Counted from the stretch's first letter, positions 1 through 11,600 are shown. The stretch: DNA of 64,000 nucleotides from a candidate division WWE3 bacterium (GCA_013335095.1 JAAXWF010000002.1:80516-144515), one strand, 5' to 3'. Notes: generated by a model not told the origin, from the letters alone. Numbers and translations: made by a program.

Positions 1-1
1 A

Positions 2-541
2 GATTCTATCACTGATACATTCTTTGCATTCAAAGTGCTTCTCAACGATAAAAGATTCAAACAGTTACCTATTTATATCCGGGGAGGTAAAAAACTAACC
101 CACACTGTAACAGAAATTGCCATTGTATTTAAAAATGCCGAAGACAGATTGTTCGCTACTTTTCCGAATGGGCGACTTCCAAACGTGTTAATTTATCGTA
201 TACAACCGAATGAAGGAATTGTGTTACGGCTTATTACTAAGAAACCAGGGCAGTTATCCGAATTAGAAGAAACATATATGCAATTTTGTTACAAACTCTA
301 TCGTCCGAGCTTGCCTGATCCCTACGAGCGATTGATTTTAGATGCTTTTCATGGAGATCAAACATTCTTTATTGATGCTCATGAAGTTGAAGCACAATGG
401 GGTATAACAGATCCATACTCCCAGAAAAAGGCTCCGTTTATGTATGAGGCAGGGACCTGGGGACCACAAGAAGCAGACGAATTAATCAAAGCAGATCATC
501 GAGAATGGCTCGAACCGTCATTAGCGTTTTGCACGCTATAG
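2..541 (+). CDS. zwf: Glucose-6-phosphate 1-dehydrogenase, C-terminal part (5' truncated by window edge)
   Basis: Frame open from position 2: DSITDTFFAF..RFKQLPIYIRGGKKL, RIQPNEGI, DPYERLILDAFHGDQTFF, YEAGTWGPQEAD match G6PD C-terminal motifs. Confidence 0.92.
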   Translation, partial: DSITDTFFAFKVLLNDKRFKQLPIYIRGGKKLTHTVTEIAIVFKNAEDRLFATFPNGRLPNVLIYRIQPNEGIVLRLITKKPGQLSELEETYMQFCYKLYRPSLPDPYERLILDAFHGDQTFFIDAHEVEAQWGITDPYSQKKAPFMYEAGTWGPQEADELIKADHREWLEPSLAFCTL

Positions 542-542
542 A

Positions 543-1439
543 TTATTTTTCAACGCTATGACCGCCAAATTGGCCGCGTAATGCAGATACAACTTTATTC
601 CTGAAGAGTTCTTCTTGTGTGTGGGACTTAATACGAACATCAAAAGATTTTTCAATAATTGGAACCTCAACACCCAATTCATTAGCGGTTTCAATCGTCC
701 AGAGACCTTCACCCGTATGTGAAATTTGTGAAGAGATATGAGCAAGTTTCGGATCATCCTTAAAGGCCTGCTCGGCCCAACCGACAAGGCGTGATTCAAT
801 GACAGAACGTTGATTATATAAGTTAAAAACTTGTTTTAGATCTAAATTAAATGGTGCTTCTTTTAAGACCGCGGCGCCTTCAGCAATTGCCTGCATCATT
901 CCGTATTCAATTCCGTTATGGACCATTTTGACAAAGTGACCAGATCCAACTGGTCCGACATGAGCAAAGGCATTTTCTGCAGCAATTTTAAGAAGCAAAG
1001 GAGTTATTGTATCGTAATCGTCTTTACGACCACCAACCATTAAGCATGCGCCAGTACGTGCGCCCGATGGTCCGCCTGATACACCAATATCCATAAAATT
1101 GATTCCATACGTAGCAAGCTGCTCTGATCTTCTTATTGCATCCTTATAAAATGAATTAGCTCCATCAATAACTAAATCTCCAGGTTCTAAGAATGGTATT
1201 ATTTGATCCAATATCGTTTGAGTAACTTCACCTTGGGGTAGCATTAACCAGATAATTCGCGGAGTTGTAAGAATTTGAGTAATTTCTTCGAACGTGTTCA
1301 AACGGATTGCGCCAGCCGCACATACTTCATCGACAGGATCTTTAGATCTATTCCATGCGACAACCTCAACACCTTGCTCAAGCAATCGCAACACCATATT
1401 TTTACCCATTTTACCTAGTCCAAAATAACCAATCCGCAT
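543..1439 (-). CDS. gnd: 6-phosphogluconate dehydrogenase, decarboxylating (short YqeC-type)
   Basis: GLGKMG Rossmann motif, IDGANS, GVSGG, GHFVKMVHNGIEYG, LRGQFGGH. Start moved to ATG 1439 (MRIGYFG), which has TATGAT 7 nt upstream. Confidence 0.93.
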   Translation of the reverse strand: MRIGYFGLGKMGKNMVLRLLEQGVEVVAWNRSKDPVDEVCAAGAIRLNTFEEITQILTTPRIIWLMLPQGEVTQTILDQIIPFLEPGDLVIDGANSFYKDAIRRSEQLATYGINFMDIGVSGGPSGARTGACLMVGGRKDDYDTITPLLLKIAAENAFAHVGPVGSGHFVKMVHNGIEYGMMQAIAEGAAVLKEAPFNLDLKQVFNLYNQRSVIESRLVGWAEQAFKDDPKLAHISSQISHTGEGLWTIETANELGVEVPIIEKSFDVRIKSHTQEELFRNKVVSALRGQFGGHSVEK

Positions 1440-1535
1440 AGTAACTATCATAGTATATTTTAGTAAAAAACGCACTCTTTAAACTTATAGTGTATAATTA
1501 TCACATTATCGAGGCTACTCACAGGAGGAGCACCT

Positions 1536-1901
1536 ATGTTCCATATCGAGGACGAGAAGTATCTGAGGTATATGGGCTTTACCATAACCAGAACTCAATG
1601 TGTTAGATGCGGCACAATTGGATGCCAGGTCACCGGAATAATTAATGCCGGCGAGACTGGCCCCGGAGATGCTGAAACGCTTATGAGTACATCGGGGTGG
1701 CGGATATCTATTAGTAGAGCGCCACGACAAATACACCCCCACGAATGTAGAGAACATCAATATGATACCTATCGTCCGGCTGGCAGGATCGTTGATCAAC
1801 GTCTGCAGCATGGTACGCCCAACCGCCTAAAATGGATGAGGCGATTTGGTATCGGCGATAACACGATAGCGACTATTTGCCGAATAATCATCCGGCAATA
1901 A
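1536..1901 (+). CDS. Hypothetical protein (CxxC, His/Cys-containing)
   Basis: 121 aa ORF with AGGAGG SD, upstream TATAAT (1493-1498) and downstream hairpin terminator. Confidence 0.7.
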   Translation: MFHIEDEKYLRYMGFTITRTQCVRCGTIGCQVTGIINAGETGPGDAETLMSTSGWRISISRAPRQIHPHECREHQYDTYRPAGRIVDQRLQHGTPNRLKWMRRFGIGDNTIATICRIIIRQ

Positions 1902-1930
1902 AGCGCGCCCCAACTTATCGTAGGCAATAC

Positions 1931-1960
1931 GGCGCTGGTTTAACCAATCAGCGCCCTTTT
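1931..1960 (+). terminator. Rho-independent terminator
   Basis: GGCGCTGGTT-taacc-AATCAGCGCC followed by CTTTT. Confidence 0.7.
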
Positions 1961-1977
1961 AAGGTATAATCCTGATT

Positions 1978-3675
1978 ATGAATGAGACAAAACAAAATAT
2001 ATTAATAGGCGTTGCATGGCCATATGTAAATGGGAATCTGCATATCGGTCATCTAGCAGGATACTTATTAGCTGCTGACATCGAAGCACGTTATCAGAGG
2101 CTTAAAGGAAATGAAGTACTGATGGTTTCGGGTTCTGACTGTTATGGAACACCAATTACGGTTGAAGCAGATAAGCGCGGTAAAACACCAAAGGGAATTG
2201 CTGATGAATACCACGCCAAAGATATTGAACTCTTTCAACAAACACTCGGATTAACGTATGATCTGTATACACGGACAGACACTCAGCACCACGCTAAGAT
2301 TACTCAAGATTTTTTTATCAGAATGATTGAGCAAGGATATATTTTTATTGGTACAACCGAACAATATTTTTCAGCGACACAGAATCGTTTTCTGCCTGAC
2401 AGATATATTCAAGGGACTTGTCCACATTGTGGATTTCTTGAGGCTCGGAGTGACCAGTGTGATAACTGTGGTAAATTGTTGGATCAGGGTGAGGTTATAA
2501 ATCCAATTAGCAAATTAACAAAAGATCCGGTCGAACTAAAAGAAACGCAACATTACTTCATTGACTGGCCGAAACTACAGCCGAAGTTAGTTGAATACGT
2601 AGATAACGTATCACCGAAGTGGAAAGAATGGGTTAGAAATGAAACCAAAGGATGGTTACATGAGGGATTAAAACCGCGGGCCATTACACGTGATTTAGAT
2701 TGGGGAGTTCCAATACCGATAGATCGAATACCGAAAGAACTTCAGATTAGCGACTATGAAAACAAGCGTATTTATGTATGGTTTGATGCGGTAATTGGGT
2801 ATTTCTCGGCATCACTGTTATGGTCATCAATAAATAATAAAGACTGGAAGCCCTTCTGGTATGGTGATAATACATACCATTATTATTTCATGGGAAAAGA
2901 TAATTTAGTGTTTCATACGCTTTTCTGGCCAGGACAGCTAATGAGCTATGATGAAAAAGCACATCTGCCTGACAATGTCAGCATAAACATGTTCTTAAAC
3001 TATGACGGTAAGCAGTTTTCTAAAAGCCGGGGAGTATCAATAGATATCGATTACATTGTAAAAAAATACGGCAATGATATTGTTCGGTTCTATTTAGCAT
3101 ACGTAATGCCAGAAAAAAAGGATGCCAGCTTCACATGGCAAGACTTTCAAGAAAGGATCAATTCGAGTCTTATTGGAACATTAGGTAATTTTATCCATCG
3201 AGTACTAACTATTGGTTATGGGGTTGAACGTCTGAAAGATCCCAAAATATCCGAAGATGTACAATCAAAGATACTAAGTTCTTTTAGTACTTCAAAAGAT
3301 GCCCTGGAGAAAACTGAATTCCGATTATATGTCGATTCCATATTGCAACTTGCAGCTCATGGCAATCAACTCGTTGATCATAGTAAATTGTGGGAACTTA
3401 AAAAATCAGATTTACCCAAATTCCAACGAATAATAGAGGATTTGTATGCAATAATAGCTGCACTCACGTTTCTAATCGAACCATTGTTACCATCTGCTTC
3501 AGAGTCACTCAAACAAATACTTTCTATTGAACGAAATATTGAATCGCCCTGGGAAAAAGACGATGTGGTATCGCGAATCATTAAAGAAGCGCAATCAATT
3601 AATTTAAATCAAAAGCCAATTCCTCTATTTCAAAAGATAACTGACGAACAAATACAAGAGGAAAGTATTATTTAA
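1978..3675 (+). CDS. metG: Methionine--tRNA ligase (short form, no C-terminal tRNA-binding appendix)
   Basis: AWPYVNG..HIGH, SGSDCYGTPI, CPHC/CDNC zinc knuckles, ITRDLDWGVP, YVWFDA, GKDN, QFSKS (KMSKS variant). Confidence 0.97.
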   Translation: MNETKQNILIGVAWPYVNGNLHIGHLAGYLLAADIEARYQRLKGNEVLMVSGSDCYGTPITVEADKRGKTPKGIADEYHAKDIELFQQTLGLTYDLYTRTDTQHHAKITQDFFIRMIEQGYIFIGTTEQYFSATQNRFLPDRYIQGTCPHCGFLEARSDQCDNCGKLLDQGEVINPISKLTKDPVELKETQHYFIDWPKLQPKLVEYVDNVSPKWKEWVRNETKGWLHEGLKPRAITRDLDWGVPIPIDRIPKELQISDYENKRIYVWFDAVIGYFSASLLWSSINNKDWKPFWYGDNTYHYYFMGKDNLVFHTLFWPGQLMSYDEKAHLPDNVSINMFLNYDGKQFSKSRGVSIDIDYIVKKYGNDIVRFYLAYVMPEKKDASFTWQDFQERINSSLIGTLGNFIHRVLTIGYGVERLKDPKISEDVQSKILSSFSTSKDALEKTEFRLYVDSILQLAAHGNQLVDHSKLWELKKSDLPKFQRIIEDLYAIIAALTFLIEPLLPSASESLKQILSIERNIESPWEKDDVVSRIIKEAQSINLNQKPIPLFQKITDEQIQEESII

Positions 3676-3693
3676 ATTTTTTGGAATTAAAAA

Positions 3694-4416
3694 TTATTTA
3701 CGATCGAAGCCAACGTAGACAGCAATATCAGAATTAGGATTAGATTCTTCTGCAGGTAATTTTGCTATTTGTGCACCTAATACTTTAGCAATTTTTTCAG
3801 CAACACTTCTTGAATTTTCATTCATTGAAACAACGATCGTCTGATCATAATATCTGTTACCTTTATAACTTTCATTTATAACTGGATTTACTTCACCAAC
3901 ATTACCATTAGCAATTAACTGATTAATCTCAGCGGCCACTCCCTGTCTATCTGTTGTGTTAAGAATGGAAACTGTCGTTTTTTTTTCCGTTTTCGCGCCC
4001 TGGGTAGAACCCTGTTCGTTTGATTTCGGATCCTGCTGAATACCATCCTGGTTAGCTGGATTTACTGGTTGTGAGATGTTCACAGGCACAACGTCAATTA
4101 TGCGATCTGATGCAGGACGATAGAGAACCGCTCGACGCGCTTGAGTAAATATGAATACTTTATCACCATTTTCAGCACCTTGGAAAAATGGCTGACCTTC
4201 TAACTTACTTTTATCGGTAACAGTAGCAAGAGTTGGTTCTTCAGCTGGGAGGACCATATGAGTAGCTAATTTTACTTTAAGATCTTGGACTTCAGCTTGG
4301 GCATTATTCTTAATAGATTCTTGATAACGCATATAGAAAAAACCGGCAGCTCCAAGGCTGGCTAACAATGCAATTGATAAAATAGTAATGACTAATGTTC
4401 TTCCGTTAAATTTCAT
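3694..4416 (-). CDS. Single-TM exported protein: conserved LPxEEPTLATVTD..FF..AxNGD domain plus LytR C-terminal-like domain
   Basis: N-terminal TM; C-terminal VSILNTTDRQGVAAEI...SDIAVYVG resembles LytR_C. Confidence 0.7.
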   Translation of the reverse strand: MKFNGRTLVITILSIALLASLGAAGFFYMRYQESIKNNAQAEVQDLKVKLATHMVLPAEEPTLATVTDKSKLEGQPFFQGAENGDKVFIFTQARRAVLYRPASDRIIDVVPVNISQPVNPANQDGIQQDPKSNEQGSTQGAKTEKKTTVSILNTTDRQGVAAEINQLIANGNVGEVNPVINESYKGNRYYDQTIVVSMNENSRSVAEKIAKVLGAQIAKLPAEESNPNSDIAVYVGFDRK

Positions 4417-4546
4417 AAGACTCTCACTATTTTTAACGATTTGACCATTATTGTAAAGAGCTACAAATTCGTTATCACATCAACCAATACTTAGCACGCT
4501 CGACACAGTATTCGTTTTTCCCTTCTACAGAGAGGTAAAACTACAC

Positions 4547-4564
4547 GCAACAATTTATTGTTGC
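4547..4564. promoter_or_regulatory. Perfect palindrome, candidate operator
   Basis: GCAACAAT-TT-ATTGTTGC in the divergent intergenic region, ~33 nt upstream of ATG 4597. Confidence 0.4.
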
Positions 4565-4596
4565 TCTCATATATAGTTTAGAGTAATCTTAATGGT

Positions 4597-5631
4597 ATGC
4601 CTTATCAAAACAGAACATTACAGAATGAACGACTTACGTTTCTTTTTTCAATTGTTGGAATCCTCTCATTTTTGAGTCTCGCAACCGCTGCGCCAATAAC
4701 TTCGTCAAATAATATTTTTAATATGTTGTTTCCAAAAACTTCGGCAGATGCAAAGTCGTCAAATAATCTTAGTGCATTTTTTAGTACAAAAAATATTAAT
4801 GATGTAGCAAATGAAGATGGGCAAACACTATCAATTCCACAAGTTATTCAAGATGTGTCTTGGATTGGTTCGGGTGATACAGTGGATGATTCGTATGCTG
4901 GATTTATATTTCACCGCAAGGGATTACCGCTAAACGCATCGATTCAATCAGCATTTCTGGTATTAAAATCATCCGAAACAAATTCGACGCCCATCTCGGT
5001 AGATATATATGCTGAATCAGACAAACAGCCAGAACAATTCTCTTCTTCAAGTAAGCCGTCAGATCGGATTATAGGAACAGATGTAATAACGTATACAACC
5101 ACAAAAACATGGCGGAAGGATGAGGTTGTACTTATTAATGTAACACAAGTAATTGATCAAGCACTCACTGCCAATCCCGAGTTGCAGTCAATCTCCCTGA
5201 TAATGAAAAATACTTCTTCAGTAGCAAAACAGAGGCGGTTCTTTTATGGAAAATCAAACACGATAAAGTCACCTCGACTATTCGTTAGATACAGAATGAA
5301 TGACGTACGCACCGATAGTAATGTCACAATTCCGCCATCTTCAACGAAATTGCCGACAAGGATCCCAACCTCAATTAACATAACACCGACTCCTTATCCG
5401 ACCATAACATCAGCACAACCCATTACTGCTATACCGACACAAAGACTAAACAACTGTATTATTACTGGTTGTAGCGGGCAAATTTGTAGCGATCAAGAGA
5501 TGTATACAACATGTGAGTACAAGGACGAATATGCGTGCTATAGAAATGCGAAATGTGAACGTCAATCAAACGGGAAATGTGGCTGGACGATGGATAATAG
5601 TCTAAGTCAATGTCTCAGTTCGACACGGTAA
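4597..5631 (+). CDS. Exported protein: DNRLRE/CBM-like beta domain, PT-rich linker, C-terminal eight-cysteine-cluster domain
   Basis: TM then LFPKTSADA; LPLNASIQSAFLVL...SPRLFVRY; C-terminal CIITGCSGQIC..TTCEY..YACY..AKC..GKCGW..QCL (8 Cys). Confidence 0.7.
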   Translation: MPYQNRTLQNERLTFLFSIVGILSFLSLATAAPITSSNNIFNMLFPKTSADAKSSNNLSAFFSTKNINDVANEDGQTLSIPQVIQDVSWIGSGDTVDDSYAGFIFHRKGLPLNASIQSAFLVLKSSETNSTPISVDIYAESDKQPEQFSSSSKPSDRIIGTDVITYTTTKTWRKDEVVLINVTQVIDQALTANPELQSISLIMKNTSSVAKQRRFFYGKSNTIKSPRLFVRYRMNDVRTDSNVTIPPSSTKLPTRIPTSINITPTPYPTITSAQPITAIPTQRLNNCIITGCSGQICSDQEMYTTCEYKDEYACYRNAKCERQSNGKCGWTMDNSLSQCLSSTR

Positions 5632-5648
5632 TTAATGAATAACGATCA

Positions 5649-8579
5649 ATGAAGAATAGTAATACAAATAAAAACTATTTAGCTGTTATTGTTGTAGCAA
5701 CGGTATTAATGGTAACTTCAATTATAGGAATATCAACATATTATCCACCAACTAAAGGCTCCCTTTCTACTATATTTCCCAAAAAAGAATCTTCGGCACA
5801 AACCGGAACTCTTCAGGTTAGCAACAACTTAATCCTGAATCAAAATAACGAACGTTTTATCTTTAAAGGCGTCAATTTGGAATTTTACCGAGACATGAAT
5901 GTCAGTAATGTAACGTATACCGGTTGGGAAAAAAGAAATCAGATTGTTTCAAAACTAAAATCACTAGGAATAAATGCCGTACGTGTGAACTATAGATCAG
6001 ACAGTATCAAATCGACGGCAAATGGACATACAGAGAACGGAAACATCTCTCAGCTACTTGATATGCTAAAACTCTTTTCTGATAATGGTATTTATGTTAT
6101 GCCGAGTGACCACATCTTTACCGGCAATGACATAGCAAATAAAGAGAATCTTTCATTCCCAAATTTCAAGAAAGTAATTGATGATTCACGAGCTCGGGGA
6201 TATGAACACATGCTAATAATGAATCCTTACAATGAACCATATAATAACGAAAACTGGTCTGCATGGGCAAGCGAAAATAAATCTACGTTAGATTACTTGC
6301 GGTCAACGCTTCAGTTTAAGGGTCTTATAATCTTAGACAATCCATTATGGGCAGGAGCTATAAACGTAGACCAAGCAAAACAACTCCTAGCATATGACAA
6401 AACGTTACTTGGTGGCTCTACCGAATTAGCCTTTTCAAATCATTATTATCCCAATTGGGGATTAGATGGACCCAATCAAGTGATGACATCAGCAAAGTCA
6501 ATCCCTTTAATTTTAGGAGAGCTCGGCCAATGGTCTTCACAAGGATCTAATCCCAACTATGTAATATCAGTACTCGATTTACTGGTTAAGACAGGCATTC
6601 CAAATGGTCATAATGGTTTGTTCCCATGGATCTGGAATTGGAGTGATGCAAATACGATGACGAGTTCAGATCAGCTAACATTAAATAGTCATGGAGACTT
6701 ATTTGTTAATAACTATTATTCCAAAATTGTATCTAATTCGAATACTCCCGTTCCGTCTGCTGTAATAAATCCGACATCAACGCCAGTCACCGGAAACCAA
6801 TTATCCAATATCCCCTCAACAATATTAAATGGACTTCGTGAAGGTGGGGTAAATCTTGTATTTGGTTGGTGGGATCCACATGGATATGCTCCGACGGAAT
6901 TCGACGATGATCTACCAATAATAAAAGCAAAAGGTGGAGGACATATCAGACTACCTGTAAGTTCTGACTTAATTGAGGAAGGTACAACTGGTAAGGTAAA
7001 GGAAAGCACTTGGCAAGAATTAAAAACATTTATCGAAAAAGCAAAGAGCAATGGCTTAGTCACAGTAATTGATTTGCATCACCTCGGCGTATTTTCTTTA
7101 GATTACTATCAAGGGAAGTCAACTGATACAAGCTGGACTGATTTTATGGATAAAATAAGATACACAGATTGGGCAGCCCGACATATATCATTATCTGAGG
7201 ACATTGCGAAACATATTAACAGAGATTTAGATAAAAGTTGGGTTGTTTTTCAACCTGCAAATGAACCAATATTTACCGGAAACAATGAACCGCAGATTTG
7301 GTATAACCACCAAAATAAACTAATACCTGCAATTCGTCGCGGTTGCAGCGACTGCACTATCTTTATCATGTCGCACTCCTGGCAAAGCATTGGTGCAACC
7401 GTAGATAATATGAACTTCTCTCAAATGCAATGGTGGGACAATAAGATGATCATTGACATGCATTACTATTCACCACTAGACCTAACGCATTGTGGATATA
7501 CTTCGAGTACGAATAATTGTGCTGGAAAACAATGGCCGGGAACATATACAGGTTGGACGACATTCGGTACTGAACATAACGGCACATGGGATAAAACATT
7601 TCTTGAAAGAGAATTTAAGCGGGTGTGGGATTATCAACAGAAAAACCCTGGTGTAGTAGTGCATTTTAGCGAGATAGGAACTCACTCGGGGCTAGAAGAT
7701 ATAACTCGATCTGCATATCTACGCGATGTGACATCAATACTAAGCGCCAATGGAGTTGGCTGGTCATGCTGGGAGTGGGATAAGAACTTTGGAATCATTA
7801 ATCATCCCAAAACGATTGAAGCATGTTTAGGTACAACCGGAATGTCGGTATCGCCATATCCAACATCGCAAGCTTCAATCACACCTACTCCGACATTACA
7901 TGTAAGCAATTCACCGACCCCGTCAACAACGCTTGCTCCAACTCAAACTCCTAGTGCTGGTTTTTATAGAGGAATCAATCTTGGTGGTACAGATATAGCA
8001 ATTAACGGAAACACCTGGTCTGGTGAAGCTACTGCTAATATAAGCGCACTTGGAACGTCAAAGTCAAACCAGTGGTTGAATTTAAATCCATCTGCTGACG
8101 CACAAATGACAAAAATGCTGCAAGACTGGCAAGAGCACTGGAATCATGAGATTACTATTAATAATATTGCTCCTGGTAAATATCGTTTATATGTTTATGG
8201 AGTAATGGATTGGAATGATTCAAATGCACAAACAATTACAAGCTATGTAAATAATCAGAGAATAGGAGAGTGGAAACCAGCTACGAGTGGATCATGGGTT
8301 AAGATGGGACCATGGGATGGGTTAATAACTAATGGAACGGCAACGATTACGACTAGTGCAACTAATAACAAACTTGCTGGAATAGAGATTTATCGTCTTT
8401 TAAGAGCTGATATAAATAACGATGGGATTGTTAACATTTTTGATCTTGGATTACTTTCAGTACATTATGGCGAGCAGTTAACAACATCCAGTGACGCTAT
8501 TGTTCGTAACTGCGATATTAATCAAGATAATGTAATTAATGTTTTCGATGTATCAATCCTAATACAAGAATATAAATAG
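5649..8579 (+). CDS. Exported tandem GH5-family glycoside hydrolase with malectin-like and dockerin-like C-terminal modules
   Basis: Two TIM-barrel-like domains each with NEP acid/base (YNEP, ANEP), HYY and nucleophile (GELG, SEIG); PT linkers; FYRGINLGG; two EF-hand-like repeats ADINNDGIVNIFD / CDINQDNVINVFD. Confidence 0.85.
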   Translation: MKNSNTNKNYLAVIVVATVLMVTSIIGISTYYPPTKGSLSTIFPKKESSAQTGTLQVSNNLILNQNNERFIFKGVNLEFYRDMNVSNVTYTGWEKRNQIVSKLKSLGINAVRVNYRSDSIKSTANGHTENGNISQLLDMLKLFSDNGIYVMPSDHIFTGNDIANKENLSFPNFKKVIDDSRARGYEHMLIMNPYNEPYNNENWSAWASENKSTLDYLRSTLQFKGLIILDNPLWAGAINVDQAKQLLAYDKTLLGGSTELAFSNHYYPNWGLDGPNQVMTSAKSIPLILGELGQWSSQGSNPNYVISVLDLLVKTGIPNGHNGLFPWIWNWSDANTMTSSDQLTLNSHGDLFVNNYYSKIVSNSNTPVPSAVINPTSTPVTGNQLSNIPSTILNGLREGGVNLVFGWWDPHGYAPTEFDDDLPIIKAKGGGHIRLPVSSDLIEEGTTGKVKESTWQELKTFIEKAKSNGLVTVIDLHHLGVFSLDYYQGKSTDTSWTDFMDKIRYTDWAARHISLSEDIAKHINRDLDKSWVVFQPANEPIFTGNNEPQIWYNHQNKLIPAIRRGCSDCTIFIMSHSWQSIGATVDNMNFSQMQWWDNKMIIDMHYYSPLDLTHCGYTSSTNNCAGKQWPGTYTGWTTFGTEHNGTWDKTFLEREFKRVWDYQQKNPGVVVHFSEIGTHSGLEDITRSAYLRDVTSILSANGVGWSCWEWDKNFGIINHPKTIEACLGTTGMSVSPYPTSQASITPTPTLHVSNSPTPSTTLAPTQTPSAGFYRGINLGGTDIAINGNTWSGEATANISALGTSKSNQWLNLNPSADAQMTKMLQDWQEHWNHEITINNIAPGKYRLYVYGVMDWNDSNAQTITSYVNNQRIGEWKPATSGSWVKMGPWDGLITNGTATITTSATNNKLAGIEIYRLLRADINNDGIVNIFDLGLLSVHYGEQLTTSSDAIVRNCDINQDNVINVFDVSILIQEYK

Positions 8580-8613
8580 TTAGACCTTTTCTTTAAAATA
8601 ATAGTTAACAAAC

Positions 8614-11600
8614 TTAAGGACTTCCGGTTACTGGTGCAATCCTCAAAGTACCGCCATCGTTCATTACTGTTTTTACTTGGGTAGCAGTAAGGCCATAATT
8701 ATACAGACGGACATCATCAAAGATAGAGTCTGCATACGTAGTACCTTCTCGCCCGATATATAAATTCAGGGGGTTTGCGCTTAAAGTTTCACCCATGGTG
8801 GTCTGATTATCTCTCGCACCATTAATATAAAATGCATAATTTGTTCCTTGATGTACAAATGTTATGTGAGTCCATACGTTTTGAGGGATTGTCGATGTCG
8901 AGGCAAAGTAACCGGTACTCTCGTTATAAAATTCGACACGGTTATCGTTTAAGATATACAAAGAGTAATCCCATAACGTAGTTCCATTAGTCTTTAACAC
9001 AAGTGGTTCATAGCCAGAACCTGAACGCTTAATCCAAAATGCAATACTGAGATCTTTTGTAATATCCAATTTCGGATTATAGGGAACTTCAATATATTGT
9101 GATGAGGCACTACTAAAGGATAACCCATTATTTAGTTTTCCGTCAACAATTGCTGGCGAATTATAAATTGTACCGGTGAGACCATTATTTGATGAATCAT
9201 AAGCGGTAGATCCAGAAGCTTCATCAAGCTTCCAATGGGCAAATGGAGCTCCACGATTATAATCCCATGCAACTTGAGCAGATGTTCTAGCATAATCGTA
9301 TATCCGTATATTATCTAGTTTTGAGTTGCTATATTGAGATTGGTCATCATATCCTCCGAATTGAAGGATGCGGGAGCCTGCCCCAGCCGTTGTGTACGGG
9401 ACATTTGACGTAGTACCAGAAGCGACAAGCAGACCATTCCGATAAATTGACATGGTATCAGTAGCATTATTAAATGTGCAAGTTACGTATTGCCATTCAT
9501 TTAATGTCATTGAACTATCTGCGGCCAGCTCATAATAACCACCTGAATTATTGTAAAAAAATCCACAATCAAGACCTGATGATGATTTAAGCTCAAAATA
9601 ATAATTAGCGGTTCCGCCATCTGCGTATTTATTAATGAATGAATCATTACCTGAGGATGGCAATCTTCGGGGGTATATCCATGAAGACAGTGTAAAACTC
9701 GTTAATCGTAAACTTGTAGAATCTGAAATAGTAACTTGGTCATTAGTTCCGTCAAAATCGAGCGATTTACCTAATTTACCAGTAACCCAATCCGCCGCAT
9801 CCATCGTAGAATCAATAGTTCCGTTAAAATCATTTCCAGACGTATCAACAACAGTCGTCGTCGGATCCATATCAAATTGCCATTCTCCAACAGGTGGGTT
9901 ACACGTACTGGTATCTCCTGGAACACAATATTCCCGAGACGAGCTTCTTGATGCTGTTGTGCCATCAGACTCAGTAGACAATGATCCCAATACAATTGCC
10001 TTACCTGTATTATATTCAGTCAGTACGTCGCTGTCCGATAAAGCCGCATTGTATATTTTTATTTCATCTAGTTTCCCAGGGTAATAATACTCATATGGGG
10101 TCCCATTATTTGATCGACCAATGTTTAGATTTGAGCTATTAGATATAGATAGGGTCGAAGATGTTAACGCATTAGCTAGTTTACCGTCTTCATATGTTTT
10201 CAATATCGAACCATTACGTTCAAATACAATATGATGCCAGCTTCCATCTGCAATATCTGATCGACCATATAGAAAGTATTCGGTACCGTTTACATAAACA
10301 GAACTGTACCAACGACTGTCATCCGTACTATCATGTAAACCAATTTCATATCCATACCTGGGTGCCGATGATACTTTGCTAATCATTATAAAGTAATTAT
10401 TGAAAACAGAAGCTTGAGTAGAATTTACCCACAAGCTGATTGAAAAATCAGCATTATCACCGAAATCAATACTATTATTATCCGTTACAGTTACGACATC
10501 AGAGCCATCAAAGGATACCGATTTACCTATTTTCCCATCGTTACTCCAAGCGGGTTTTTCTGAAGAGGTACCAAAATTAGCATCGAGCGAACTTCCTTGA
10601 ACTGTATTATTATGCGCAACAGATCCATATCCTTCATCCAGCTTCCAATAACCCACCGGTCCCGATACCGGAGTTCCAACTAGCGGGTGGTTCGCATTCA
10701 TATCTTGAATTATTTGGGATGGGGTACGGGCATAGTTGTATATTTTTAAATCATCCAGAGTACCATCTAGAGAACTGTTAGCACCAGCGCCACCCATTTG
10801 AACGGTGCCAGTCGAGTTCAATAGTGATCCAGTCGCATCACTAATAGCACCAGGGAGAAGATTTCCATTAAGATAAATTGACATATTAGTACCGCTCTTT
10901 ATCGCTGCGATGTGATACCACTGATTAGCGACAAGAGCAGATCCAGCGCCTGGAAAGACAAAGAACTCTGAACTTGAATTTGACCATGAAAAAACCGGTT
11001 GATTATCTGTTCCATTAATATAGAGTCGATATGACTGCCAAGGAGATGCACTATGTGACTTCCAGAACATTGTTGCCGCCTCTCCGGATTTATTAGTTGG
11101 CAAAACATCGAGCTTTATCCACCCCATTAACGAAATATCTGATGAAGGTTCCAATATACTATTATCTGTAGCTTCTATGTAGTCATTACTGCCATCGAAA
11201 TCAAGACCCTTACCATATTTCGCAGTTTTCCATAACGCTTGGGTGATCGTCGCACTAGTACTATTGCCACTGGTATCATTGGCTATAGCCCCTGATCCCT
11301 CGTCCATTTTCCAATATCCAACGGGTCCAGGTGCAAAGGCATTGAGCTTACTTACCTCACTCGCGGTTAAGGCACGATTATATACTCTAACTTCATCCAG
11401 ACTGCCATTAAAGTCCATAGCACTATCGCCATTACCATGATGACCAATCCATGTATTTGTTCCTAATCCTGAACACGAAATTGTTGTAGTAATTGATTCA
11501 TTAGCAACCTGCATGCCATCGATATAAAGACTGTGATAACTAGCGGATTTCACAACATACGCATAATGATGCCAACCAAAGCCAGCTACAAACAAACCTG

